From Pseudomonas phage phiKZ, in sequence record NC_004629.1: 32,000 nucleotides of DNA; one strand, 5' to 3'. Made by a program: the position numbers and the translations under genes. This document shows positions 18,009 through 27,139 of this stretch, in pieces (position 1 is the stretch's first letter; each line of letters starts with the position of its first letter). A model generated the notes under the pieces. The model saw nothing but the letters and a program-made list of their open reading frames with translations. It was not told the DNA's origin and did not search any database.

Positions 18009-18845
18009 ATGGCACGTCGTTCTAATAAAATTCGTATTGGTTTTAACGTATCGCTTAAAGCGCTTGAACGAAATGGATCTGATGTAATTAAACTACATGA
18101 TGACATCATATCTTGTTTTAGTGAACTATATCAAAATTACGTAAAAATTGATACAACTACTGACAAAGATGACAAATCACTAAAACAAGGCATTATTGAT
18201 GTCGTGGTGTATGTCGATCTAAATACAGCGAACCAAGCCATTCGTTTTAAAGGTATTAGTGATCTGGTAAACCATCTACAGTTTAATGTAATGGCGAATG
18301 ATGTTATCGTCGATACAAGTGAATATATTCAGCCTAGCCATATGTCATATATCGAAGATGGTCACCTGAATATGTTAGTGCGTCGAGAAGGTAAAGAGGT
18401 TATCAAAACCATTTTCACTGATGAATATGGTGTTGATCCACTAGTTAATAATGGATCAATAGGAGATGGATGTAGTGTTTCCGGGATCTATCTAATCGGT
18501 GAAGAAAATCGGGTTAATAAACTAACACGTATTGTTTCTAACAACATTCGCAACGGAGAGTTTAATTTCAAGACAGAAGTAAATATCCGTAAATTCTATT
18601 GGAGTGTACTCGGAAAACCAAGTGCGCTATTTAATGAAATATGGAACCGTAATGGTTTCTATGTGGATGTACTTATTAAGCTAACCAATGGCAAAGTTTA
18701 TAGTTATGCTAAGAATGGTTTTGTTGGTGGACCTACTGAACTAGAATTCCATTATTATGGTGTAACTGATCGAGAAAATTGGGATAATGCATCCGACAAT
18801 TTCCTATATCAGGAATTCGAGCAACACTGGTCTGTAAAAATCTAA
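18009..18845 (+). CDS. hypothetical protein
   Basis: 278-aa ORF with aggtgat upstream. Confidence 0.8.
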   Translation: MARRSNKIRIGFNVSLKALERNGSDVIKLHDDIISCFSELYQNYVKIDTTTDKDDKSLKQGIIDVVVYVDLNTANQAIRFKGISDLVNHLQFNVMANDVIVDTSEYIQPSHMSYIEDGHLNMLVRREGKEVIKTIFTDEYGVDPLVNNGSIGDGCSVSGIYLIGEENRVNKLTRIVSNNIRNGEFNFKTEVNIRKFYWSVLGKPSALFNEIWNRNGFYVDVLIKLTNGKVYSYAKNGFVGGPTELEFHYYGVTDRENWDNASDNFLYQEFEQHWSVKI

Positions 18846-18850
18846 TATAT

Positions 18851-18872
18851 AAAGGGCTCTTCGGAGCCCTTT
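18851..18872 (+). terminator. Rho-independent terminator
   Basis: aaagggctc-ttcg-gagcccttt then T-run. Confidence 0.9.
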
Positions 18873-18902
18873 ATTTTTTTCTTTATTTGGCAGGAATATA
18901 AA

Positions 18903-19688
18903 ATGCATCGTCGAACTATGTACAGATTTAGCTTATCATATTCCAATAAACTTATTAATAATAACCCACTTGGCTTTACAGTCGAGAGTTATCTTGAAAG
19001 CTGGTTTGACAAACTCAAGTGCCGATTAACTAAAGGTTATACCAAAAGCCATGCTATTCATTTTCGTGGAAGTTGGAAATACTTTGAGTTAGATCAATAT
19101 AAGAACAATGCTTTCTTCAATCAATATCACATGGTGATGCAGTCACTAGAGGATCTAGAAAGAAAGATTAGTGGGGTGATTGGGTTAAGTATCAAAATCA
19201 CTAAACCAGAACGACATTTATTTCATGTTCTATTTAACCATGAAAAGATTATTCTATCCCCTAATGGCATTATCTTTGATGTACGTGTTCCAAAACACAC
19301 CGTGATAGCTAATCCTGAAGTTATGGGATATCGTAATTGCAATGTAGATAGACTGGCGGTATTTGGCGAGCGCTCTAAAGTTAACTATGTGGTTAAACAA
19401 GTACGTTATGCCTTAAAGCAGAAAGGGGTGACAACTGTTGCCAATAGTTCAATGGCTCGTTTTTTACATGACCTATTTCATCCAAAATACAGAGACAATC
19501 AAATTTATAACTACGGCATGACTATGTCTGATGTTTATGTAATGGCCGTATTCAAAAATGGGTATACGGAAATCTATGGTAAAGATGTAGGTGAAGTATT
19601 TGAAAGTCATACTCTAGATTTCCTAGAGCGTGAGTACATGATCTGTGGACAATATTTTCCCATGTTATCCAGAGGGCTGCTAGTATGA
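18903..19688 (+). CDS. hypothetical protein, translationally coupled to the BCS1-like ATPase
   Basis: 261-aa ORF whose stop overlaps the 19685 start (ATGA-type overlap). Confidence 0.8.
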   Translation: MHRRTMYRFSLSYSNKLINNNPLGFTVESYLESWFDKLKCRLTKGYTKSHAIHFRGSWKYFELDQYKNNAFFNQYHMVMQSLEDLERKISGVIGLSIKITKPERHLFHVLFNHEKIILSPNGIIFDVRVPKHTVIANPEVMGYRNCNVDRLAVFGERSKVNYVVKQVRYALKQKGVTTVANSSMARFLHDLFHPKYRDNQIYNYGMTMSDVYVMAVFKNGYTEIYGKDVGEVFESHTLDFLEREYMICGQYFPMLSRGLLV

Positions 19689-21211
19689 TTATAGAGACCT
19701 TATTGCAATATTACGCCATGTTCATCGACATCTCTCAAAAGAATATGGTGATGGGTGGTGCGATTGGTATGGCGATTGGTGGTGTATTATGGACCACTAT
19801 CCGAGGTCTACCAAGTAAGATAGTTAGATTCACATTAAATCAATTTACAGTTAGTTTACATATCACTAATACTGGTAATGGTTTAAATGAGAAAAACTTT
19901 GACTCATTTATGGAGTGGTATATTAAACAACCATTAGCTGGATTTAATCGCCGTTTTTCAACCAACGTTGATGAGCAAAGTTATAGTGCAACTAAACAGA
20001 AAATTGGTGTTGGTTTTGGCTTACATTTCTTTCTGTTTAAAGGTAGGTTATTCTGGTTTGTAAAAGCACGCCGGGATAGCCAAAATGCCAGTCGAGACCA
20101 GATGGACATTACTATCCGTGGATTATCTAGAAGTAGTAAACTTATTATTGATTTAGTTGATGCGTACCACTGGCGTCCAAATGAAATGGGTCTTACTATC
20201 TCACATTGGGATGGTAATCGCTGGGGTAATGAAATCGAAGTTACTAAACGCGATATCAACACGGTGATTTTGCGTAAAGAGATCAAAGAAGAATTCCTTA
20301 ATAAGATTGAAGAATTCTATTCTGATCGGAAATGGTACGATGATCGTGGACTACCCTATAAATTCACTTGTGTTCTAACAGGTCCTCCTGGTACTGGTAA
20401 AACCTCAATCAGTAAAGCGATTGCCTCACATTTTAATAAAAATGTTAGTGCACTGTCATTAGCCTCTATGACCAATGATAGTCTTAGGCGGGCATTTACT
20501 ACACTACCTAAAGGTAATATTCTTCTAATTGAAGATTTCGATGATACCCCGGCAGTTAAAGATCGTGTTTTAAATGATCCTGTAAAACTAGATAAAGAGA
20601 TAAAGGAATTAGAGAGGAAATATTCTTTTATTGATTTAATTGAAAAATATCCGTCTGCATGGGTTGATCTTAAAGATGACTATGAAGGATACTCTGTAGT
20701 TGGGTTTAATGACACCATCTATATCTTTGATGAAAATAGCGATGATCAAGGTTTTGGGATAAGTGCTTATGCTATGGCTGAACTGGGTGTTTCAAAATGG
20801 GCCGATGAAAAAGATCCATTATTTACCACAATTCGCCGATGGTGGAAATTAAAGAAGTGCATGAAGAATGGAATCACGTATGAACAACCAGCTAGCGGAT
20901 TAACTTTGTCAGCTCTATTAAATGGGCTAGATGGCATTGTTCCACTAGATGAGACTATGACCATTCTAACTACAAACCATCCTGAGAATATTGATAAAGC
21001 ACTTCTAAGGAAAGGTCGCGTTGATTACATGGTGGAGATTCCATATCTACGAGATCAAGAAGTTAGGGAGTATATTAAACTAATGTTCCCTGACTTCGAT
21101 ATTCCTGAAGATATCAGATTTAAAGATCAGCCAGGGTGTGATGTAATGGCGGCTTTTTCAAATAACCGTTATGACCCTAATGCTTTTATCAATAGTCTAT
21201 TGAAATATTAA
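19685..21211 (+). CDS. BCS1-like AAA+ ATPase with N-terminal TM segment
   Basis: Walker A TGPPGTGKTS, Walker B NILLIEDFDD, LNGLDGI and ILTTNHPENIDKALLRKGRVDYMVEI (sensor 1/arginine-finger region); N-terminal MGGAIGMAIGGVLWTTI. Confidence 0.85.
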   Translation: MIIETLLQYYAMFIDISQKNMVMGGAIGMAIGGVLWTTIRGLPSKIVRFTLNQFTVSLHITNTGNGLNEKNFDSFMEWYIKQPLAGFNRRFSTNVDEQSYSATKQKIGVGFGLHFFLFKGRLFWFVKARRDSQNASRDQMDITIRGLSRSSKLIIDLVDAYHWRPNEMGLTISHWDGNRWGNEIEVTKRDINTVILRKEIKEEFLNKIEEFYSDRKWYDDRGLPYKFTCVLTGPPGTGKTSISKAIASHFNKNVSALSLASMTNDSLRRAFTTLPKGNILLIEDFDDTPAVKDRVLNDPVKLDKEIKELERKYSFIDLIEKYPSAWVDLKDDYEGYSVVGFNDTIYIFDENSDDQGFGISAYAMAELGVSKWADEKDPLFTTIRRWWKLKKCMKNGITYEQPASGLTLSALLNGLDGIVPLDETMTILTTNHPENIDKALLRKGRVDYMVEIPYLRDQEVREYIKLMFPDFDIPEDIRFKDQPGCDVMAAFSNNRYDPNAFINSLLKY

Positions 21212-21234
21212 TATACTAAAAAGGAATCTGTAAA

Positions 21235-21423
21235 ATGAGTCTACTCAACATTCTAAATACCGTTGCGGCTGCTAATGGTAGGGAAGTAGATGATTTTAAT
21301 ATCACCTATTTAAACGATACGGATGTGTCATCTAGTTATACCTCATTTCGATATCGGTATGTTGATGAGGATCGTATTGCACATATTTTCATTGTTTCTG
21401 AAAAAATCGAACAGGTTCGCTAA
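21235..21423 (+). CDS. hypothetical protein
   Basis: Short ORF with aaaaaggaatc RBS. Confidence 0.65.
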   Translation: MSLLNILNTVAAANGREVDDFNITYLNDTDVSSSYTSFRYRYVDEDRIAHIFIVSEKIEQVR

Positions 21424-21447
21424 TTTGTATTGTTGGCAAAACTAACT

Positions 21448-21536
21448 GGTTACAATGTAACTGTAAATACATGTATTTAATTTTGAAAACATACTGGAGT
21501 TATTGATGTATTGAGTTGAAACTCAATAATAACTCC
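21448..21536 (+). other. Structured intergenic region (three consecutive inverted repeats)
   Basis: gttac-aat-gtaac; aaatacatgtattt; ggagttat..tattgag-ttgaaa-ctcaata-ataactcc. Confidence 0.6.
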
Positions 21537-21571
21537 TACTTTAATTTAAAAAATACAAAAGGAATATTTCC

Positions 21572-22225
21572 ATGGCGTCAATCATTAGTCTACCTTTTAT
21601 CAAACTAGTAATCAGCCGTAATAATAATTACACTGTTAACCATCAGTCAGGTGCTGATAATGTACCTCATCTATGTGTTAAAGTAAAACATTCTAACGGT
21701 TATGCCTGGTTCGGTATTATCATTGTTGATTATGAAAAACGTACCAGTGGTTGGACTGAAGAAGAATTCAATGCAGTTGTAACTCGTTTCCATGAAGCAA
21801 TGAATTCTCAATGTGATATCCAACGATTAGAAACAGACATTAACCGACTAATGGATTCCATCCAAGATGTTGTTACTGGTCGGAAACGACCAACCCTATT
21901 CGGCGGTGATAGTAATGACTTCATTCAAATGCATCTTCAAAATAATATCCAACTTGATATTTATCGGAATGAAATTAACGAAGATACTCTAACCTATGGT
22001 GGGTATCGTGGTAAAGTAAGTCTTCGCCATGGTTATGATGAATACAGCTTCTTCCTGTATCATCGTGGTATTATTCTAAACCATTACATCGATGCAGAGA
22101 TTGCTAAAGAGCTAATTGAAGATGCTCTTAATAAGACTTTCCCGGAGATTACTTATCTACCGCGAGCCACTGTCGAACCTACAGCAGTGGAACGCACTCG
22201 TAATAGACATCTGGATAAAAGTTAA
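21572..22225 (+). CDS. hypothetical protein
   Basis: 217-aa ORF. Confidence 0.75.
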   Translation: MASIISLPFIKLVISRNNNYTVNHQSGADNVPHLCVKVKHSNGYAWFGIIIVDYEKRTSGWTEEEFNAVVTRFHEAMNSQCDIQRLETDINRLMDSIQDVVTGRKRPTLFGGDSNDFIQMHLQNNIQLDIYRNEINEDTLTYGGYRGKVSLRHGYDEYSFFLYHRGIILNHYIDAEIAKELIEDALNKTFPEITYLPRATVEPTAVERTRNRHLDKS

Positions 22226-22226
22226 A

Positions 22227-22640
22227 ATGACTAGTCAACTTATCGTAGTTGATTTACAAAACCCTAGAAATAAACATATATACAGTGAATTAACTCATGA
22301 ACATCCTAGAACAATAACATCACATCTAGTTGAAGAATTAGATGATTTTGATGTTCATCAATATTCATACCAAGCGGAGTATAAATCTGGGATTGATCTT
22401 AGATTAATATTCTTTTGGGATGGACCATACACTGAACCAAGAGAAGAAGGTTACGAACCAACTGATCTAGAGAAAAGGTGTGTGAAGTTGTGTAGGCAAT
22501 ATGAGGCTGCGATTAACGGGCAATTATCTGTAGTTGATCACTCTCGGTTCCGGACGGTGTGTACCTTCAGATCAGATAATAGTTTACCAACAACTTTAGA
22601 CTGGATTCATAAAGAACCCCCATCTAAAGAGGTTATGTAA
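22227..22640 (+). CDS. hypothetical protein (start MTSQLIVV at 22227 preferred over track start 22116)
   Basis: ATG immediately after the previous stop; avoids a 110-nt overlap. Confidence 0.7.
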   Translation: MTSQLIVVDLQNPRNKHIYSELTHEHPRTITSHLVEELDDFDVHQYSYQAEYKSGIDLRLIFFWDGPYTEPREEGYEPTDLEKRCVKLCRQYEAAINGQLSVVDHSRFRTVCTFRSDNSLPTTLDWIHKEPPSKEVM

Positions 22641-22734
22641 AAAATAGTAAAAGAAATACACTATTCTATGTAGTTCCTTTACGATTGCTCTTTTATCTTA
22701 GTTTCAGTTTTGCTGAAGAAGTACCAATGAGATA

Positions 22735-22755
22735 CCCTCCCCTGATCGGGGAGGG
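22735..22755 (+). terminator. Rho-independent terminator
   Basis: ccctcccc-tgatc-ggggaggg followed by ttttt. Confidence 0.9.
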
Positions 22756-22781
22756 TTTTTGACATCTAAGAGGAAAATATA

Positions 22782-23162
22782 ATGTGCGAACAACATCGTG
22801 TAGTATCTATGAAAGTTACATGCACGCAAGCTCGCTATCCGATCGGTCTGTGCGATCTCGGATTTGATAATGCTGCTGATGCTCGGCAATATCTACTAGA
22901 TGTCGTCGAGTACAATATGGATCGTCTCCACCCACAACATGCTAATACATTCCAGCTACAAAATCTACAAGACGGGTTCGTAGTATCCTACGATATCGAA
23001 AAAGATGGATCCGTTTATCTTCGGTTAACACTGGCGGCTGTAGCTTATCAATCAATCGATCTTGAGTTGGGGGTTACCGTTAAAGAAAATGAAGGGATCA
23101 GTGTTGTAATCAAAAATTGGATCAATGGTGATTATACTGCGGGGAACAAATACTTGCAGTAA
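22782..23162 (+). CDS. hypothetical protein
   Basis: ORF with aagaggaaaa RBS. Confidence 0.75.
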   Translation: MCEQHRVVSMKVTCTQARYPIGLCDLGFDNAADARQYLLDVVEYNMDRLHPQHANTFQLQNLQDGFVVSYDIEKDGSVYLRLTLAAVAYQSIDLELGVTVKENEGISVVIKNWINGDYTAGNKYLQ

Positions 23163-23188
23163 TACCATATGTAAAGAATACCCAAATC

Positions 23189-23252
23189 GGGATCTCCCGG
23201 ACTATCTCCCTTCAGCGTTCCCGTCCGCAAATGAAGGTGCCGCCGAGATCCC
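23189..23252 (+). ncRNA. Candidate structured RNA upstream of a terminator
   Basis: GGGATCTC/GAGATCCC outer stem (8 bp) and CCTTCA/TGAAGG inner stem; GC-richer than its surroundings. Confidence 0.4.
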
Positions 23253-23265
23253 ACCTATTGATAAT

Positions 23266-23285
23266 GCCCTCCCTTCGGGGAGGGC
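23266..23285 (+). terminator. Rho-independent terminator
   Basis: gccctccc-ttcg-gggagggc followed by tttattt. Confidence 0.85.
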
Positions 23286-23322
23286 TTTATTTCGCTTAAG
23301 CCTATTTATTTTATTATAAGGA

Positions 23323-24060
23323 GTGAAAATGACATATATCGTAAATGATGGTAAAGTCATGATTGCAGACTGCCTATTAATTGAGCGGAATAATGCAACT
23401 GATAGCATTGGGCGACTTCCAGTATTAGATAACGGTTATATTGATCTAACTGCTAAAGCTGAAGGTGTAGATGTATATTACAATGATTGCCACAAGATAA
23501 TTTTTCATCCGACTGTTACTTGGCAAGGCAAACGTGTTAAAACTATGGCTTTTGCTGGAACTATAGATAATGTTTATGATCTATTGAATGCCCTTACCGC
23601 AGGTGTTGATTTAGCTGATTGGTTTAAAGTTGAAGTAAATATCTTGCCAGTCATAGAACGCAGGTTGTTTAATGGTAATACTTCTATGATGTTCACTATG
23701 GAGAATGGTGACATATATACAGTTATTCTTAAAGATATGAGTATCGAGATCACCAAGAAAGATTGGGCTCATTTAGGTAGTGGTGTAGATGCAGTTAATA
23801 GTGTACTTGAGTTTATCCCTAATTGTAATGATAATGGATCAACCAAACTAACTGCACTTGAAGCATTTGCTATTGCATGTGCACATACTACTACTGTAAG
23901 TCGTAAATTTGATTATTACATCCATGCTACAGGTGAGTACAAGCAAAATCAGGAACTATCAACTAAACAACTAAAATGGATTCTGGCGCGTATTCAAAAG
24001 CGGATGGATCTTACCTGCATTTTCAATGACCGCGAATATGCCAATAACATATGGGGTTGA
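23323..24060 (+). CDS. hypothetical protein
   Basis: 245-aa ORF. Confidence 0.8.
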   Translation: MKMTYIVNDGKVMIADCLLIERNNATDSIGRLPVLDNGYIDLTAKAEGVDVYYNDCHKIIFHPTVTWQGKRVKTMAFAGTIDNVYDLLNALTAGVDLADWFKVEVNILPVIERRLFNGNTSMMFTMENGDIYTVILKDMSIEITKKDWAHLGSGVDAVNSVLEFIPNCNDNGSTKLTALEAFAIACAHTTTVSRKFDYYIHATGEYKQNQELSTKQLKWILARIQKRMDLTCIFNDREYANNIWG

Positions 24061-24065
24061 TTTGT

Positions 24066-24581
24066 ATGAGTGATTCTAATATGGATATGCTATATTACAC
24101 TAATGTAAATTGGGAACAATATTTTCATCACGTGAAACAACGGGCAGATGATACTGTTAAAGTAATGTATAAACCTGAATATGAAGATCTTATTGATGAA
24201 GCATGTAGACCATTGATTAAATGGTTTAACCAATTCACCAATATTGCAACTATTTATTGCTGTTCAGGTCATGTTGATGAAGAAACTGGTGGTAGCCCTG
24301 GATACATTAGTATTTTATTTCAAGATACCAATGCAGAGAATTCTGTAATGCGTTTATTGCGTGAAGCAATGTGTAAGGGGCGTGAGTGTAAGATCCCATT
24401 CGAAATTGAACTGGGGGTTTATTTCGGGCATCTACATGAGACCATTGATAAAAATCACTGGGTCGCCAATCTAATTATCCGCACCAATAGCTACAAACGT
24501 AAAAATACGTATGATCGCTATTGGCATCGTCTTTACAACATCATAACAACATGTAATACTGAGGGTTTATACACCATCTAA
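24066..24581 (+). CDS. hypothetical protein (track start 24051)
   Basis: Intact ORF; conserved-looking IYCCSGHVDEETGGSPGYISILF segment. Confidence 0.75.
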   Translation: MSDSNMDMLYYTNVNWEQYFHHVKQRADDTVKVMYKPEYEDLIDEACRPLIKWFNQFTNIATIYCCSGHVDEETGGSPGYISILFQDTNAENSVMRLLREAMCKGRECKIPFEIELGVYFGHLHETIDKNHWVANLIIRTNSYKRKNTYDRYWHRLYNIITTCNTEGLYTI

Positions 24582-24599
24582 AGAATCTGAGATAATTTA

Positions 24600-24749
24600 A
24601 TGAATGATATTAAAAATACATTATTAGTTAGATTAAAGAGGAAACAAAAAGCTAAGCGTATAGATAAATTGCAAAGACTAGGTTTATGGTTTATTCTATT
24701 GCTATGTGTATCTAATCTATTTGTCCAATTAATAAAAGGTATATTCTAA
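24600..24749 (+). CDS. 49-aa single-TM microprotein MNDIKNTLLVRLKRKQKAKRIDKLQRLGLWFILLLCVSNLFVQLIKGIF (not in the supplied track)
   Basis: ORF abutting the next gene (taaATG); basic N-terminus plus TM helix. Confidence 0.5.
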   Translation: MNDIKNTLLVRLKRKQKAKRIDKLQRLGLWFILLLCVSNLFVQLIKGIF

Positions 24750-25430
24750 ATGGCAGAAAAGCTAAGTTTTGTTGATATATTTAAGATGGCTAAAGAGGAA
24801 AATGTTAAGCTTGAATTGCATTGTCTAATTGGTACTCGACCAGTTAGGGGTCTTATTAAAAGTTTAAACTTTAATCAAATCAGACCTGATATATACGAAT
24901 CTGTTAATCTATATGTAGATGTATTTTCTAAAGTAGTAGAGACTAGAGTAGATCTATCGAGTACTACTGCTGATTATGGTTGCTGGAGAATGACACCAGA
25001 AACTAAGAATTATGTAGATAGTAAATATAACTTACCAGTAAAAATGGATATCACTAATCCAGATATCGTTAGGAGTAATATTAATTATTATCTCAGTTTA
25101 CCTACTCAGGAACGCATTGAATTATTTAATAAAATAAATAATCCTAATGTCATTGAGGCGATAAACAAAGAATGGTCTAAGATGGTTGTAGAATATTATC
25201 AATCTGAGATCGATTTGTTTATTGGATTAATTGATTTCGATCATGTCCTTATCAATAAGTTCATGGCATTTAACTGGATGGACGATTTATTTGAGTATGC
25301 TTTAAATATCCCATTAAAACAAACCAATACAGTAAATGAAGGCACCTGTTGCTTACTGGTTCACAAAGATAAAAAGGCAACATATACCCATCTCACTGAT
25401 ATTAAAAATCTTATCAAAGTGAGTGTATAA
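24750..25430 (+). CDS. hypothetical protein
   Basis: 226-aa ORF. Confidence 0.8.
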   Translation: MAEKLSFVDIFKMAKEENVKLELHCLIGTRPVRGLIKSLNFNQIRPDIYESVNLYVDVFSKVVETRVDLSSTTADYGCWRMTPETKNYVDSKYNLPVKMDITNPDIVRSNINYYLSLPTQERIELFNKINNPNVIEAINKEWSKMVVEYYQSEIDLFIGLIDFDHVLINKFMAFNWMDDLFEYALNIPLKQTNTVNEGTCCLLVHKDKKATYTHLTDIKNLIKVSV

Positions 25431-25442
25431 TTACGGCATAAA

Positions 25443-25464
25443 CCCCTCTCCGCATGGAGAGGGG
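25443..25464. terminator. Bidirectional terminator between convergent genes
   Basis: cccctctcc-gcat-ggagagggg between the + and - gene blocks. Confidence 0.75.
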
Positions 25465-25491
25465 CTATGTCTTTATTTTCTTTATTTAAAC

Positions 25492-25926
25492 TCACTTAGA
25501 ATAATCTTCTACTGGAATATCATCTAGCCAATCATTAAGTAGTTTAAATTGTTGAGGGTGTTGCATCTTAGTTACTTTACCGTATTTAACACTAATAGCG
25601 TAACCACCAGATACTGCAAGATCCACTAGTTTGCGTTCATATGCATTAAATTCATCATACCAACGGGTATGAATAAGTTTTGCTAAGCGTGCATATGCAG
25701 TCTTACGATATTGATCTTCCTGTTCCCGACGTAGGACTTCAAGTAGTTCTTTCTGACGCTGCTTCTGCTGGCGTTTCTCTTCTTCCTTTTTCTCTTTCTC
25801 CAGTCGTTTTTTCTCAGCAATGTGTGATAGAATGGGTAGCTTGAAAAGCAGACTTAGAATTAGTTGAAAGAATTGTTTCATTAGTATTTCCTCAGTTTGA
25901 TTAAATAGATAATTTACAAATGGCAA
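25492..25926 (-). CDS. hypothetical protein with hydrophobic N-terminus and charged coiled-coil segment (start may be internal Met at ~25881)
   Basis: ORF; MKQFFQLILSLLFKLPILSHIAEKKRLEKEKKEEEKRQQKQRQKELLEVLRREQE. Confidence 0.7.
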   Translation of the reverse strand: MPFVNYLFNQTEEILMKQFFQLILSLLFKLPILSHIAEKKRLEKEKKEEEKRQQKQRQKELLEVLRREQEDQYRKTAYARLAKLIHTRWYDEFNAYERKLVDLAVSGGYAISVKYGKVTKMQHPQQFKLLNDWLDDIPVEDYSK

Positions 25927-25961
25927 TCCGCCTAGTTACATACTAGATAGCTGTAAGTATT

Positions 25962-26372
25962 TTAATCCGTTACAATATCTGGATAACGTTCATCAATTAA
26001 TGATTTCCTATATGCAAACTCACGTACCTCTACTTCTAACTTTTCTTTAGTTGCATATGTAGTGCCGATTACAATAATTGAATCATTATTAATTGATAAC
26101 TCTACATCATTATCTTTTCCAAATACTAATTTAAAAACAGTATTTAATTCATCTAATTGATTTTGAATGGACACTGTATCATCATGGATTGCCCTAGATG
26201 GCTCTTCTAATAAACCCTCTAGTACTTTATAAGACTTTATAAAAAGAGTATCATTAAAATCTTCTTTTAGCCATGCTAATTCAAGTGTATATAAATCAAC
26301 TACTCTATTAAGATTTGAAGTAGTTATATCTGTTTTCCATTCATAACCTAGATAGTTAGTTTCATTACTCAT
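25962..26372 (-). CDS. hypothetical protein
   Basis: ORF with aaaggag RBS on the - strand. Confidence 0.75.
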   Translation of the reverse strand: MSNETNYLGYEWKTDITTSNLNRVVDLYTLELAWLKEDFNDTLFIKSYKVLEGLLEEPSRAIHDDTVSIQNQLDELNTVFKLVFGKDNDVELSINNDSIIVIGTTYATKEKLEVEVREFAYRKSLIDERYPDIVTD

Positions 26373-26414
26373 TATAAACTCCTTTGATCAATACATATTA
26401 AATAATCTGGAGTA

Positions 26415-26591
26415 TTATTTCTTTGTAATACGATAACCAACTGACCATAAATCTACACGGACGAAACCTTTTCCATCATGTTGACCGTATACACATACAC
26501 GTAACATTCTATTGCCTGTCTTCATGTCAATTCGTGTTATCTCAAATTTATTAGTAATATATTCTTGGATGATAAATAATAGATGACTCAT
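26415..26591 (-). CDS. 58-aa hypothetical protein MSHLLFIIQEYITNKFEITRIDMKTGNRMLRVCVYG... (not in the supplied track)
   Basis: Manual - strand ORF; ATG to TAA, between the 25962-26372 gene and a hairpin. Confidence 0.5.
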   Translation of the reverse strand: MSHLLFIIQEYITNKFEITRIDMKTGNRMLRVCVYGQHDGKGFVRVDLWSVGYRITKK

Positions 26592-26621
26592 TTTATATTT
26601 TCCTGATTAATGACAAACATA

Positions 26622-26642
26622 AGCCCCTCCATATGGAGGGGC
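26622..26642. terminator. Hairpin terminator-like element
   Basis: gcccctcc-atat-ggaggggc. Confidence 0.6.
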
Positions 26643-26721
26643 AATATGATTTACTGAGTCTTTCACGTTCAATCCCATCCTAACTAATATATTTAAGAAT
26701 AGTTTAAACCTCAGTAAATTT

Positions 26722-26797
26722 GGTGCCGCCACTCCGAATCGAACGGAGGACCTACGCATTACAAGTGCGTTGCTCTACCTAGCTGAGCTATAGCGGC
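26722..26797 (-). tRNA. tRNA-Thr (anticodon UGU), CCA encoded
   Basis: Reverse complement GCCGCTATAGCTCAGCTAGGTAGAGCAACGCACTTGTAATGCGTAGGTCCTCCGTTCGATTCGGAGTGGCGGCACCA folds as a cloverleaf. Confidence 0.93.
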
Positions 26798-26862
26798 GTA
26801 ATCTTCTACATATAGTGTATATGAAAGTATTATTTTAATTTATTATAATAAATAAAGTTATA

Positions 26863-26897
26863 TTCAAACCTATTTAAAAGGTATATTACAAATGTGA
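26863..26897 (+). promoter_or_regulatory. Putative phage promoter, motif copy 5 (tatattacaaatgtga, 26882-26897)
   Basis: 16-nt core identical to copy 3 at 6707-6722; precedes the only + gene in this interval. Confidence 0.65.
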
Positions 26898-26945
26898 TAT
26901 TACTAAAAGTAATATTTTCTATTAATTGTAAATAGGATACTAAAT

Positions 26946-27083
26946 ATGAATATTGATCCAAAAACTCTTGGCATTATTATTAGCACCACTATTGGCACCG
27001 TGGGTGCTCTTATTCTTACGTATGGTATTGCGAGAGCAGTACGTTGGAATAATAAACCTGATGTAAAAGATGTAGCAGAGTAA
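26946..27083 (+). CDS. 45-aa single-TM microprotein MNIDPKTLGIIISTTIGTVGALILTYGIARAVRWNNKPDVKDVAE (not in the supplied track)
   Basis: ORF between promoter motif copy 5 and a terminator hairpin. Confidence 0.65.
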   Translation: MNIDPKTLGIIISTTIGTVGALILTYGIARAVRWNNKPDVKDVAE

Positions 27084-27093
27084 GATAACATAA

Positions 27094-27116
27094 AGCTAGC
27101 CCATTAGGGGCTAGCT
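27094..27116. terminator. Terminator hairpin (likely bidirectional)
   Basis: agctagccc-atta-ggggctagct. Confidence 0.7.
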
Positions 27117-27139
27117 CTTATATTTATTTTTTATTTGTT

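Noticed and set aside
301-23285. Repeated CCTCCC-TTCG-GGGAGG sequences as a dispersed or CRISPR-like repeat
   Set aside because: Each is an ordinary UUCG-type Rho-independent terminator at a gene end; no spacers or regular spacing.
23125-23319. 64-aa + ORF MVIILRGTNTCSNTIC...
   Set aside because: Overlaps the end of the 22782 gene and reads through the terminator hairpin (ALPSGRAL); likely noncoding.
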